Shown piece after piece: positions 10,171-25,100 of a stretch of 64,000 nucleotides of DNA. The DNA is from Vitrella brassicaformis CCMP3155 (taxonomy: Eukaryota; Protista; Chromerida). The translations under genes and the position numbers were made by a program. Below the pieces are notes generated by a model that saw only the letters and a program-made list of their open reading frames with translations, was not told where the DNA came from and did not search any database. The stretch is from assembly GCA_001179505.1 (NCBI GenBank), contig CDMY01000453.1, forward strand, positions 10,060 to 74,059, read 5' to 3'. Positions within the stretch are counted from its first letter, which is position 1; every line of letters begins with the position of its first letter.

Positions 10171-13100
10171 CCCCACTGAGACACCCATCCAAAGAAATCA
10201 GATGGACCGCCAACAAAGGAGAGTCAGTGCATGGCCTAATACCCAAGACCGTGATCTCATCTGACTGACATCGTGATATTGGAGACGCTGAACCACACAC
10301 ACACACACACACACATGTTGGTTCATACGTATGCGCCTTCAAGTGTGTGTCTGTCTGTATGTGGCTCTCCTCTCCCCCCTCTCCACTCACCTTGGCCAGG
10401 ATCAAGTTCTGACACGACGGCATGAAGGCGAATGTGAAATGTGAGTGTACGTCACTTGCCCGTGTCTCTGCTACATCTTTCCTCTCAGCCCACTCACTGC
10501 CCGCACCTTACCTGGTTCCTCTTGGTCTGCTGTGTGATGGCCGCCCTCAGGTTGACTGCCTCCCAGGTGTAGACGACGGTGTCGTTCTGGTACTGCTCAA
10601 ACCGCACGAGCTGGTCGTGCATATACTTGCAGCACCTGCCACAATCGCCGCACCGACCAGGCGCCACCTCGCTCTCCACCTTATCCGCCCCGTCCGCCGG
10701 CGCCTTGAGCCGCTCGCTCGCCAATGGGAGCGACAACTGCAGTGGTGGCTTCTCAGCCGCATGTTCCGTGTCGTGGTGTATCAAGGCCGGCGGCTGCGTG
10801 TCTGCCTTCTGCGTCCCCACGTCGGGCCGCAGCTCCACGGTCTGCGAGGGAGATTGGAATGATGATGAGATGACCAGGTCAACCTGCTGGTCGCCGGCGG
10901 CCTGGTTCGACGCCTCTGATGATTGTGGCGAGCCCGCTGGATTTCGCTTGCGCAAAGAGGGACTACCGTGGCCGCGGGTGGGGCGGAAGGTAGCCGCGGC
11001 GGGTGCAGCCAATGTGTTTTCGAAAAAACCGAAGGAAGCAATTGTCAGGCCTGTCTTGAAGACAGCTGGGTCATCCGTCTGCGTTGGTGTCTGCTGAGGT
11101 GATGCATCGTCGAAGAAAGACGCAATGACCTCTTCGCTGGGGATGTGAGAGTCCAAGGCGGCCGAGGTCTGCGTCTCGAGCCCGAACAGCCCCGCGACGT
11201 CGAGTGCGGACAGTCTTCGGTTCCCGGAGATGGCTTGATTGGGAGAAGTGTCTGGGTCTTTTGCGGAGAAGGTGACCGACCGCGCCATAGCTGCCTGCCT
11301 GACCGCGGCCTTCTTTTTCGTCTCAGATTGGTCGTCGAAGTCTGCGAAGATCGTGATGCGTCTCCTGTTGCCGGCGTGGGTCTTGCTGCGTGTCGCGGAC
11401 GACAGTCGGGAGACGGTCGCAGCGAAGGAGCTCGCGAATGCCGAGTTGGAGAAGAAGAGACGCACGGTGGTCTTGTTGGTCAGGGAGAGCTTCACCGATG
11501 GAAGATGCGAGACCTCCAGCCCCATCTGCCCTTCGGCTGCATCCGCCTCGTCTCCCTCCATCTCCTTGAGCGACTCGATGTGAGACATGAAGACGGCGTA
11601 TACCGTGTATACCACCTCGTTCTTCTTGAGGCCCTCGGCATCCTGCTGCTGCTCCTTCCCCTCTCTGTCGCCGCCGAAGGGAAGCCGGAAGAACGACCGG
11701 ACGGTCTGGGCCGTCTGCGTCGTGCCCTGGCTCATCCTGCCGATTGAGCCCCGTCTCTCCACAGAGTGTCTTCTGGCTGGATGGGCTGACCGCGGCAGTA
11801 TATTGAGAACGTTCCCATTGTGTGACAACCAGAGCGAGCACAGGCCGAGCTGCGGGCAGTAGGCGTCGAGCGCTGTGGATGGGATGAAGAGGGGTGAAGT
11901 GCCAATATCGTGGGCGATCTCATATGTCGTGGAGGCCCATGCAGCCTTTTCTTGTTCTGTCGACTGCACCGGCTTCCAACTGTAGCTCTTGTTGGCAAAG
12001 AGCGGCGGCTGCGTCAGGAACTGCAGGTTGTTGCCCGGTGAGGTCGTCTCCAACTCCATTGCAAAGCTCAAATCCTGTCCGGACGGTGACGTAGGAGCCT
12101 TGTGCCGACTGAGGATGCTCGATGCCTTCTCCTGGGCTGCGTCCTGGTCTGTGTCGCTGTCAACGATCTCGTTGGAACCTTTGCGGACGTAGAAGCGCAC
12201 CACGGTCTGCTCGGGGACGGAGTCGTCAATCTCGACAACCACTCGATCCACTGCCAGAATGTGTCTCGGGCCCTCAAAGTCGATCTGGTCCACACGGGGC
12301 ATGTGTGAAGCAAACATATTGATATCTGTGTGTCTGTTTGTTCAAGTGCACCATGGGTTGGAGAAGCCCCTCGGCAAATGCTGCCTCGGGATGAACGCAG
12401 ACCATCCTGCCCTTGTCCGTCAGCTGAATACCCACACGGGCCGACACGTAAACGATTCTTCTCATTACACGTAAACGTACCCACAGCAGGTGTCGGGTAT
12501 CTTCATACAGGTTCTCGGCGCTTCCACTAATGTGACCCACCTGCATCGATACATGGAGACATGCATTGAGACACAGCGTGAAAGATCATGCGACACTGGC
12601 TCACGTTGATGACGGCCTCAAAGGTGAAGTCGTGTGCCGGCAGAAAGAGAGCGTTCTTCTTCATTCGACGGATAAAGACGGGAATGGCTCCCAACGGGGG
12701 CAGATAGCGAGACTGCTTCTCGGCGGTCAACCCGCGCTTCACACCGGCCAACTCGGGGTGAGTTGAAGACAAACGGATCTCTGCGGCGCTGCGCACATTC
12801 ATTCATGTGACAAATTGAGCACTCCTGTTCTTCCCCTTCCAACATGTAATGTATGCGAGAAGCCTACCGCATTTTGCTGTATGCTGTGTTGTTCTCTTGC
12901 GCATCTAACAAGGCGGCGAACATTTGCTTCTGGCGCGTGAACTATGGCAAATTGTCACAAAGAAAAACACCAGGATATTATGAAGCTCTTCATCTCCTTT
13001 GTATGCGCAAACTTACATAGTCCTGTCTCCTTTTGTAGATTTGTGACATCTTCCTGAACGAGCGGCCACGACTCACTGCAAACAATCACGCATCGACAGA

Positions 13101-16100
13101 ACAGGAAAAAGCGTGTGAATCGGTGTGAGAAATGGGAACGAAACGTGTGTGCACCCACTTTCATCTCCCTGCAACAGCTTCTCTGCTTTTCTCTCGTTGC
13201 TGATGTTAGCAAAGCTCGCGACGGCGTGAGCGACTTGCATGGCAGTGCTGCGCAGCTCCACCTCCCTCTCAGGTGAGAGGCCAAAGACGAAGAAGAGAGG
13301 CCGAGCGGCTACAGGGATCGTGAAGTCCGACTGGCCGCCGTCCGTCATCGGCTTGTGCGATCGGTGAGGGTCCTTGCGTGAGGTGGCACAAGAGATGGTC
13401 GACGCCGCGGTTACAGTCTGGCGCATGTCCGACGTGGATGCCTCTGCATCGACACACACACGGGTTGAAGAGACGTCCCCATTTGTGTCATTCGTGTGTA
13501 TGGGCGTACGGTCGTCGTCAACCATGGCCGCTCCATGTTGGGCTTCCTCCTCCATCACTCTGTAGCGCCTGCCTCGGCGAGCCACACTTCGGAGCGTGAG
13601 CAGGGATGCGGCTAGCCGAGCCTGACGGTTGCGAGACGGAAATCGGATCACTTAGACACGAGACAGACGTGGTCATCCGAGCCGAGCTATGTACCTGTAC
13701 ATCTTTGTACTCTTTGTTCTGCACGTTGTACCAAAGCTGTTGATCTGACCCCGCCTTGTCAGCTTGGGTGTCCAGCATGTCCTTCATGGCTTTCTTCGCC
13801 TGCAAGGTGCTCTTCATGTGGGTCAGCGGCGAATGCTCGTCCTCGTCCTGATGACGGACAGACAGACAGACAGACAGGCAGGCAGACAGGCAGACACGCG
13901 CATGTCCCTTGATATACACGCTTCATCCCTTTTGCATACCAGGCCCTCATCGTCTTCCCCGTCAGCCCCCTGCTTATCCTTGCCGTAGAGAGTGGGCACT
14001 GTATGCTTCGTCACCTCTGAGAAGGGCCGCTCTCGGTAAAGGATTGACGTCAACCAGCCGAAGCAGCAGAAATAGCCTATCCATCGGCCGATCATCGTCA
14101 CGTTGATGACCACGGGAGCCACGAAAATCATCCCGCCAAAAAAACTGAATGAGACACGCACATAGCGCATTGCACTTGCACTGAATCGACCTGCCCTCCG
14201 GCTATCGGCTATCCGTCTGCATGCTTACCGAAAAGGTGGGCAGATCATACAGAGGAAATCCATGTCTTTGCGGGCGTAGCGGTCTTGGAAGAAGATATGT
14301 TGGCGTTTGCGGGGAGAACGCCAGTCGTGTCTAGGAGAAAACATCGGCAAGCAGCAGTGAAGGTCGAATCGCACGCAGTGCTCTGCTCCAAGTGTTGCGG
14401 CCACCTGTCTCGTGTTCTCAGATATATGCAGGGGGAAAAGAGCAAGCCAAGGACGAAAACAAGGCCGAGAAAGTGGTGCGGTCTCTCGGCGAGCCCCTGC
14501 AGCAGCGTGTCGCTTTCCCCGACGATGCCGATGTTCGAGCTCTCGAACTTTCTCGTGGACTGCTTGGCAGCAGCAACGAAGCTGGTGAGATGGTCGCAGC
14601 TGCATGTCACATGACTTCCGTTGCTCTCGAGCTCGGTGCAGCCCTCTCTCGACCAGTTGCCGCTCCGTTCGTCGAAGAACTGGCAGGTGCACTCTGTGAA
14701 GTTCTCCCAACTGAAGGTGGTCCCCGGTTGAAGTGCAGGCGGTCCCTCCAGGTTCACGCTCGGGTTGAAAGTGCTCACGCCTGGGAGCTGCACGTATGAG
14801 TGACAAGCAGAGGAAACTCGACTTTGCTTCCAATGGACGTATTTGTTTGTCAGGTGCTCACCTTGAACAGGCGTCTCCTCATCGTTGCCTCGTGGTCTAT
14901 GCTTTGCGGCAGCAGCGCCCACACGTCTAGACTAATCAGCGGCGAGAGGGTGGCGTCGAGGCCCATCACAGACACCTGATCGTAGCTGCGCTGCAACAAA
15001 CGCACCTCTGAGTCATCACTGGCTGACGTTGCATTCGTGATGTTCGGGCACGCCATGGTGAAGTTGACGAGACGCGGTGCATCCTCTGCCGTGTCATCGA
15101 GACGTCGGCCGGTATCTCGCCTCCCGATGTTGAGCGATCGGCCATTGCACTTGAGCTGAATCGTCCTCACGTGTCCGAGTGTTGCGTTGGCTGCGGGTGC
15201 AAAAGCGAATGGGTTGGCGTTCCAGTCCATCTGGCTGACAGATATCGGCCCGTCGAGAGCCGACTGCGGCGCTAGCTCATCGAACAGCAGCATGTCATCA
15301 CCCCCAGCGAACGCGAGGCTGCCCTGCATCAGACCACAGCACATGAAATCACTTGTGTGTGTGAATGGGTATGTGTCTCTCGCATTTGATTCATCACACG
15401 TACGGCTCCCGCGCTCATGCCCGTCTGGACGAACTCGTCTTTGTTCCGCTTCATGACAAGGACCTTCAGCCCGCCTCTCTCAACGCTTTGCTCCTCTCCC
15501 TCAACGGCTTCGTCAGAGATATCGGCTGCCAGGCTCTGACCCGCCTCGAGACACCTGCTGGATATCTCTTTGGACTGGCTGCTCAAATCGGCGGTGGCCT
15601 CTAGCCTCTCCGTCAGGGCTGACAGGCTCTGCAGACCGCAAGACAGCAAGAGACGCACATCATTAGTACATGCATGAAAGCGTGGAGCGCGTTCCTCATT
15701 TACGCTCGGTGCTCACTCACTCCAAGTACGGCCCCTCTTGCGGCTGTGGCGGCCTCGGTGTCATCACTTGCCGCACTGCACTTGCCTGTCTGAGCCCGGG
15801 TCTGGCCGGCCACCAGCTCGGCGCTGAACGAACGAATATGCTCAATTAGTATACGGAAATTTGTATGCGTGTTCGGTTACGGACCCTTTGTCGAGCATGT
15901 CATGGTCAAGGTGGCTAGAGAGGCCTGCTGAGAGTACCTCCTCTATCACCTGTGATACCACGCACACCTCATCCTCGCCTAGCCCCTGAGACGTCTGCAC
16001 TCACACACATGTTACATACGCATACAACAACATATGCACAGAGGCTGAAGGAATGTCGACGACGCACCTTGATTGCGTCAAACAAGCCACTGATGAGCTG

Positions 16101-19100
16101 CGTGCCACTGATGAGCTGCGTTTGAGTCTCCCCACGTGATCGCTGGGCCTGAAGAAGCATCACTATCGAATCGGCCACCTGACTGCACGAGCTGAGAATG
16201 CCCGATGCGTCAGCGTTCAGGAGAGCCTGCAAGTTGTAATCAAGCACAGCAGGCGCATGCGTGTGCCGAGACGCGGAATTGGCTGACGAGGTACTTACTG
16301 CAGAAAGAACGTTTGTGATGTCTCCAGCGGACACATCACCAGCCTTCACAGCTTCACTGGTTACTTCCACAGACGGACACGCTAGCGCGTCTTGCCGAGC
16401 AGCAACCATGTTCCCTTGCATCTGACACTGATAGCCGTGTGCGTCCCGCACTACACCATAGAGCGTCCAACGGCCCTTAGGCAGCGGTCGCTCACATATA
16501 AGCCCCCCTTCGCTCGCTTTTGAAAATGGGCACATTCTGATGGGGCTGCTGCTGGACTGATCGTCGCCGGCAGCCGCTCGATAAAAGGCAAATGCCTGAT
16601 AGAGAAGCGACGCAGGTGCAACAAATCGCGTATGTGTGTATGGTGGGAGACGTCTTGATGAGTTTATCTCTTTGTGTGTACCAGCTCATCAATGTCGTCA
16701 TCGTCCTTCCAGCCATACATCTCCAATCGGACAGTCTCGAATGTCGATACTGTGGTTTTGCTCGCGGTAATGTGGCCGCCAAAGGGGGGACGATCCATCA
16801 AGAAAGCATCTGAGACAATTGTCTGGTCAGCCGAGAGCTTCGCCGCAACGCGGTATGTTTGCCCAATGTCCAGCGCATCCATATCAAGAGCGACCCCAGA
16901 AATTATCTGGCCGATCTGAGCCGCTTCCATCCCCTGCTTCAATAGAACAATCCTGCTCTGAGCCTGCGTCAGGGCCTCTGACGGGTCCAGCAGCGTCTCG
17001 CTCGTAATGCTTCTCCCATCCGCTCTCTGGAGCCACCACTCCACTGTGTCCGTGGAAAGTGACTGGCACTGGATGCCTGCCGCCTCCGTCGATGGGGTGA
17101 AGAGTACCACGTTGACACGTTCTTGCCTTGAAGACACCCTGCAACCGACGAAAGAAAGATGACATGCCAGTGTGTGAAAAAGCCTCCGTCTGATCCTCAC
17201 TTCTTCGGAATGGGTGAAAGGGCGAGCGGAGGCTCGCCGGAGCTGGTGAAGGCCACCTTCGTCACTGCCGGCCCTTCGTCGCTGACCGTTGTGCCATCTT
17301 TCTCGATGTGAGCCGTCAGAGCAAAGAATACAACGCTGGCAGACAGACGAGTGCCCTCGACTGGTCTTTCCCCCTTGTGGCTGGTCGTAGTTGTCGTTTC
17401 TCCATCAAAGAAGGCTGCACCTGTGCACGACTCGACGAGAGAAGATGACGTAAGGAGATCCAGAGCATCTTTGGCTGATCGATCCGCTATCTGGCTGGCG
17501 AACGTCGTTGCGCGCAACTCCTGGGTGTTGTCGCTGATCTTGAAACACTGCCACTTGAGACCGAGAGCGGCAGCCGGAGGTGCAGCCACGTTGTAGGACA
17601 GCGAGAATGGGCAGCGGTCTCCAACGACTGTCGGCGCTGTGAGACTGACAACCGGTTGAGAGTAGCCACCGACGTCGACTCGAAACTCGACCGACACTCG
17701 GTGCTCAGGGGAGTCCTTGTACCAGGCTTGGGCGACGATTATCAGCGAAGAAAACGGCTGCAAGGTATCTGGCTGGAGCAAGATTTTCAGCTGGTGGCCA
17801 GATGTGTTGTTAGCAGATAGAGACACCAACGAGTCATCGCCCGCTTCGCTGGCCGCTTGCCTGTATAGCCACTCGACAACGACATCGCTCGCGCTTGAGA
17901 CCGATGTCGAGGGACATGATTGTTGGGCATCCTGGCTGGTGTCTGCCAAGACGACTCGAAGTGAAAGAGGCTCATCCACCTATCCAGAAAATACCATTCG
18001 GCGCGTGTGAGTGCGCGCTTTTCGTGCCTACGTGTTGGCTGGAGATAGCTGGGCTGCCCAACGAAGGAACAAGGCTTGGATAGCTGACGCTTTGCCTGAT
18101 GTCGACGTCGATGGAAATCTCTTCCCTCAGCCGTGACGAAAGAAAATTCGTCGCATTGATCTCAAACACAAAGCGCACGACGTCGGTGCTTTGCAGGCTG
18201 CTGTCTGCGTCGACCGCTGCACGGATCTGTTCAGGGGTAAGCACTAAACTAGTGCTGGCGAGACCTGCACAGTGCACACACATGTAAGGTCACAGGGGGC
18301 TGTACGGTTGTCTCCTGGTGGTAGGCGACATGCAAGGTGAATCTCCGGACTCACCTTCGGTGGATGAGATGTGATCATTGAGGTAGGAGCACGCGGCGAC
18401 CGGCTCGAGACACGTCCACGAAACGTCAAGAGGACGCCCACTGCCGCCACTCAAGTACACATCGACAGCGGCCACGCTGTCGCAAATGGAGTACACTGGT
18501 CGCTTCAAAACAGTAGCGAAGAGCACGGGAAGGATCACACCTGCCTGTACGCCGATCTGCTTTGACACGTCAGAGAGGAACCAGCCTGTGGGAAGGGGAG
18601 AGGCCTCACTCATCGCTGCCTCGGCTCGCGCAATCGTGGCGTCGTTAACGGTGATCAGCTGGCCAACTTTGGCAGTCGGGGAGTCACCGAAAAGGACTGC
18701 AATCATCCGGTCAGATACGGCGATGCACTGCGGGTCAGTGCCAAATGATGCCGAGCTCTCGGCAGTGAAGATGCCGCACAGATCTCCACCGCCACGAGTG
18801 ACGGGAGTGAGAGCATTGTCGCTGCCGAGAACCGCCAAAGGAACGTCGAACGACACGAGGAGAGCCGAGAAGCCCGTAATAAAGTCGATGGACAGCAGAG
18901 TCGGCAGGGGCAGCTCTTCGCATAAGAATGACTCAGTGGGCGATGCTTTGCAGCCAATGGTGGTGGTGGCACTTGTCTGCCCCGCCAGATCGCACTCCAT
19001 CTTATGGCAAAGGACAAGTTTGTCCGGCGGGGATGTCGAGGACATGTCGCAGATGTGCCAGCCCGCGAGGAGAGGTCCCGTCGCCATGTCACACGCGGAC

Positions 19101-22100
19101 AGACGGGTGCACGTTGATGGCTCTCCAATATTGGTCGTACACGTCCACCCTTCGTCGATCGCCAAACAGTCAGCTGCGCAGCCTGAACAACACAAAACGA
19201 GCAAGACAGACACAAAGTGTATGAATCCACCAACGTTCACTGGTACATACCATCGCCCGAGACAGAGTTGCCTGCGTTGTTGAAGCAAGTAAGCAATAGC
19301 ACAGCAGATACATTACAGGCGTACTGTGTGTGTGTGTGTGCGTGCGTGTGTGTGTGTGTGACCATCATCGCAGACTTCCGCTTCGGTCTTGAACGCGTCT
19401 CCACAAAGAGATTGCTGCACATGGGAATGGCGAAGAAAACAGTGAAGCATCTCTTCTTTCTGGCCTCCATCTGGCCAGCGTCCATGTCTCTTGCTTACAC
19501 ACGAGTGGAAGAAGTTGCCAGCGTCATCAGCAGTCGTAATGCACTCGTAGCCCTCCGGACACTGGTCAGGACAACCTGCAATGCCCATGTACATACAGTG
19601 CTCCCTCGACTACTGGCGTCGAATTTCACTCACCTTCGATGACAGTGAGGACTCGCCCATGTCCAGGTGCCGTGGTGTACTTGGCATGCAGAGCATCAGC
19701 ATCTTCCCCGCTGATATCACACGACTCATCCCTCTGCTGACTGGCGTCACAATAGCAGATAGCGAGCCGACCCTCATGTGTACCGACAGGCAGCGGAGGC
19801 GTCTTTGTTGTCCCGCAGGTGACTTGTGTCGCCTCTCCCGTGCACGCCAGCCTCTGGTCAACGGCCTTGTTGGCGATGGCGGCGTCAGCAACGGCGACGC
19901 AGAAGGCAGATTGGGATAAGGTGCTGTCGTCGTGGAGGCTCGGCGGCAGGTACGCGTAGAGGATCTGGTCGCTGGTCTCGTCCATGTTGGTGCCGGTGAG
20001 TTCCAGACTGAATGTCTGACCAACACTCAGTGTGAGGCCGGTCGATCCCGGGACGCGCAGAGAGTCAACGACGGCTGCCGCGTCTTTCGGACGATATTCG
20101 AGCTGCAGGGAGAACGCCTCGGCATTGCCGTTTCCCGCCTGGTCGTGCACCACTCCAGCAGGCACCTCCAGTGCGGATGTTCCTGCAATGCTCCTCCGGA
20201 CCAGCAAGAACCACTCGTTGGTAAACACCGACTCGGGCGGGACAGAGGCCAGACCAAGATTCGCAGCTTGCAGCGCAGCGTCGAGAACAGGGCTCTGGAT
20301 TGCGACGGGCTCCGTGGAAGTAAGCGACAGATTGAAGTATCCATCCGTTGACGAGGCGTCGGTGGTGCGGATGGATTGGCTGCTGTCGTCCAGGTGTAGA
20401 GACACGGACGGCGGCGTTAGATCGTTGGTGACGCTGACCGTGTTCGACTCTGTGTTGGTCCTCCCCGAGGACACACCCACTGCCGCCCCGTCAGGGATGA
20501 AGATCGATGCAGAAGAGTCCGCTTGGATGGATATGTGTATGTCAAACATCTTGTGGCCGCTGTCTTGGGCTTGGACGCTGTCCACCGTAGCATTCGTTGC
20601 CGTTACGTCTGATGCTGTGAATGTGCTCGGATCCATGGCCTCAGTAAATGTTGCCACAACAGTGACAGCCTGTTGGTTGGTGAGAGCAGGTCCCGTGAGA
20701 ACGAGGCTGACAGTCGGCCTCGGCAGCTCTTCGGCAAATGCGAGTTGGAAGGATGATCCTCTAAGAGCGTTGTCCGTGACAGACGAAACAGACACATTAA
20801 GAAGCCCCGCCTGACTTGATGCTGCGGAGATCGTCGCAACTCCCTTGAAGAGGGTGGTGGTCAACCCACAATCCCCGAACTCCACTCCACTCACAGAATT
20901 CGCGTCCAGGCTGCAGTCGATGCTCACATCGTCTGACCTCGAGCTGACGGTGTTGTTGAAGGCGTCTGTCAGGGTGAGAGTGAGTGCGACGGAGGTGCCG
21001 ACCAGAAAGGTAGTGTTGTCTTGCACGCTGATAGCGAGGCTGTCAGCGGCTCCGGGGACGACAGAGAAACTTAGAGTGCTCGAGACATCAAGTGCTTGAG
21101 AGGGGTTCGCCATGCTCACGCTGTACGACCCGACTTGCGTGAACACATAAGTGAAGGTGACAGTGTCTTGACTTGCGAAGGAGATGCTGTGCGGGCCAAT
21201 TGTCTCTTCTGTGGACACAATCGATAGTTGGATGCTCATGGTGGTTGAAGCCGGCTTTCCATAAGTGTCCCGCGACGACATGGTGATGGATGCCGTGTCT
21301 CCGGCAGGGACAGTAGCCGCCACGCCGCTGAGAATCACATCAATCGGCACGCCTTTTCCTGGCAAGTCGATGCCTATGATAAGCGCCGCCTGATTGATCC
21401 ACGTGACTGTCTTGCCAGTAAGAGCATAGTTGGTGTCCCTCATATCCATCGTCCCAACTCGCAGCTCAAGGCTTGTGCCTGTGCTCTGCACCGAGATGCT
21501 GGCCACGCCGTGCACGATCGCGATGTCGGCGGTTCCGGCTGCTATGTTCTGGGATATCACTGCAGTTGACGGCTCGATCAAAAGGGCGGCAGAGACCCGA
21601 TTCTCGTCATCCCGCAGATAGACGCTGATCGTGCCCATGGCCTCGGGAAGCACATTGCCATGGGCGTCCTCTGCTCGTATAATGACCGAGATCGACTGAT
21701 TCGCAGCCGCATTTGCCGGGCCAGTGACTGCGACTTGCTGCGGTGAAGCTATCGATTCGGATACAAAAGGAGACGGCGGAAGAAGAGAAGAATGAGGCAA
21801 CTCGTCTTTCGCCTTTGGCAACCATGGCTGCCTACTTGGCAGGACGCAGAACGATCTTCCTAGCATATAGCGGTTCGTGCGGGTCGAGTTGTACGTCACC
21901 GTTTGTGTCCCGCCTTCACACACATTGACTCGCACTCACAGGTGAGACAGAGTGGGTCTGTGTGTCCGCGCGCACCTTGTATCTGCTCCATGACATCATA
22001 TGCTTGCCCTGTCCCATCAACAGGGTTGATCGTCACAGCCCCGCTTGTGGCTGCATTCACCGTCAATGGACAAAATCCTGCAAAGATAGATCTCAGGAAA

Positions 22101-25100
22101 CCAAGAGCCAGCAAATGCCCAATGCACAGACACACTGTCGCTTCTCGCTGCCAACGAACCGTTCGTCATTTTGCAGAAGTTCAATATGGGCTGCACATAC
22201 CACTCCATGTTCCAGGGGTCAAATACAGCGTTGGTTCCTTGCAAGATTGCGAGTATATTGGTCTCAACAGTGGGGTCGTCGACGGGCCCCCCGCTAGTAT
22301 AGCTGGCGGCCTGCAGGTTCACAGTGAAGGGCTGCCCAGCCGTGGCGTAGTCATCGCCCCCGGGCCACACCGTATACACCACTTTGTCTGCCGCGAAAGA
22401 GACATTTCCAGAATGTGTGTGCGTACAGGCAGGTGTGAAAACTCACACATGCATCCACTCACTGGTAACAAGCAGCGTCTTGCTCGTCTCGATATACTGC
22501 CCAGATGCCACTTCGTGTTTCACACGTATGTTGACCTGTCGAGCCGGCAGATCGCAATTGACTTCGTCGAAACTGACCTCGAAGACACCAATGCCTCGTT
22601 CGATGCGCACATCGCTTCCGCCGTCGGGAGTCCGGTACAGCAGACAGTTCAGCCCGGCGGCAATGTTGACGGTAGCCGAGCAAATGGTGCATCCGTCGAG
22701 GCCTGTCTCCACGATGTTGCCATTAGGGGTGTCCAGAAGGCCAACGTATACTGGGACATAGGCGTCAGCAGCAACGATGTTGTTGCTGAACTCTATTGCG
22801 ATTTCTGTCGGCTTGTCGTTCACTGAGGGACACCGCAAAAAGGAAACATTGAAGCACTTTCATGTAGGTGTGATGTGCTCGCGTGTGTCTTGACTTACAA
22901 GGCAGCCAGCTGACAGTTTGTATTGAGTCGCCTTTGAGATGCGCCGGCCCAGCGACGCGTGCCATGGTCTCCCTCGGTGACTTTGTCTCTGTCAGCTTGA
23001 TGCTTGCCAGACCTCTTGTCAGCTGAACAGTCTCAGTGGCCACTAGGGTGTGCCCAGGGAAGCTGCTCAGGCTAGTTGTCGGATCGGCAGCTGATATGTG
23101 TGACAGTAGAGACATAAATGTACAGTTGCATGGTGTCCATTCTTGCAGCCTACGGCTTTGCACGACAAGCCAGTGGATGTCCTCGGGATGCTGCCAATTA
23201 TTGAAGCACGTGTGTGAGGTGTCGTCTTTCCCCTCCATCTCACTGTCACTGGAGCCCTGCACATATGTAAGCACTCACAGATGAATGCCTGGCACCTTGA
23301 TGGAGACAAACCTACCTCCAGTGTGAGCGAAACGGATGTCGCGTTCCGATACGACACGTACTGCATTGTCAAGGCACGCATCGAGATTGTGTGTTGTGTT
23401 CTTTTCTGTGGGTACGTGCTCATACCTGTGCAAAACGGAAGAGCTGACCGCTGGGAAAGGGCTGGCTGAATTCAATCGTCCAGCGCGGATCGGTGGAAGA
23501 TCGCGAAAGAACGCCTACGTCCAGGTCTCTCACGGCGAGGCTGCAGAACATCACAGGTGCATCCATCCATGCAGCAATCTCTTTTTGTACTTAGGCCCGC
23601 GATGCTCTATGGCCAGATAGCCCACGGTGATGTCACTGTTCGACAGCGAAAGCAACACACCATCATCTGTGAGACCGACACAAAAAGGCCATGGAAGGAA
23701 GACAGCGACAGGCTGCTTGCTTGATTGTCTGTCTGTCCGTCGGGCTTGTCTGTCTGTTTGTTTGCCCTTACTCTCGTCCTGAAGGCCCAGCAAAAACCCA
23801 AGAGGTGTGACGTCACGGACGCGGACAGTCAGAAATCTCTGCTGATCAGTGTACGGCTGGACGGTCGCGATGACCACCACCTGGGTGCATGTGCACAGAT
23901 ACAAAATCGGCAGGTCGACAAAGATAGGGCGTGCCGTTCGTGTAGTGGCCCCGCACCTTGCTCGCTGCTCGAAAGGGCTGCTGGAAAATGACGCGTCTCC
24001 AGCCATCAGATGCGTACGTGATGGCCTCTGGCGTGGCGGTCCCGACAACGAAGTCGGCGGGAAATACGACAGACCCCACTTCTATGAGGTCGAGGCCCCT
24101 CTGTGGGTTTGGTTTCTGGTAGAGGCCTCTCTCAACTATGGCCCAGTCGAAGCTGGTTGTCAGTGATGAGTCGACTGTTGCGCACGCAGGCTGCTCCGCA
24201 GTGACGAAGAACGACCTGACGGCGCGTGCAATACGACAGATGACTTTCATGCTGGTGTCTCATGGGCTGCTTCCATGCATACCATCCAGTCTGCGTGCTC
24301 AGGGTCTTCCTTGCGTTTGTCGGCCCTCTGATTCGTGTGACTCGCGGCCTGGCCGAGGCCATGTTGCTGGTTGCAGAGGCCGGCATGTGGACGCCGAGCA
24401 GCACAATTGGCTGGGCGAATCCCTGTGTGACAGTGACCTGTGTCTCGTCGGTTGAGGTCACGCCAGTCATATGTCCCATCTCCGCATAGACAATCTTCGC
24501 TGCATTCAGTGAGACATAAAAAAAGAGAGGAAGAGAAAAAAGCTCAGCCTATACGTTTCTGCTTGTCGCTCACATGGACCATCCGTCCGGGTATAATACA
24601 TCGGTGAACCCCCTGGATTTGGGACCCAAAGGCATTCATGCCTGTAAACCTGCATGAGGGTCGTCGTGCAATGACCATCAATCAATTGACACCCACCCAC
24701 CTTCAGGTGTGCAGCGGAGGCCTCGAAATCCATGCGCAAGTATGCGTCCTGTGCGCCACACGGGCAGCAAGCACATGCAAGCCTTATACTTTGTATGTCT
24801 CACTCACCACAACGCCTCTCGGTATGACGGTGTACTGGTGTGTTGGGGGGCCTGAGGTGCTGTACCCGTAGACGAAGGTGTTTGTCGAGCTACTGTACGT
24901 CAGACGTATTGTTTCCTGGGGGTTTGTGGGGGAGGCGTACGTTCCCGTGACGTCCCACACTGACAGAGGGAGGAGTGACAGACAACAGTAAATGTCGGAA
25001 ATGTCTGTAGGCATTCTTCTTTTGGCTTCTCCGCTCGCGGCGTCCTTACAGGGATCGAGCGAGTAGCATTCTTGTAGGTCATAGTCGTAGCAGCACCCGA

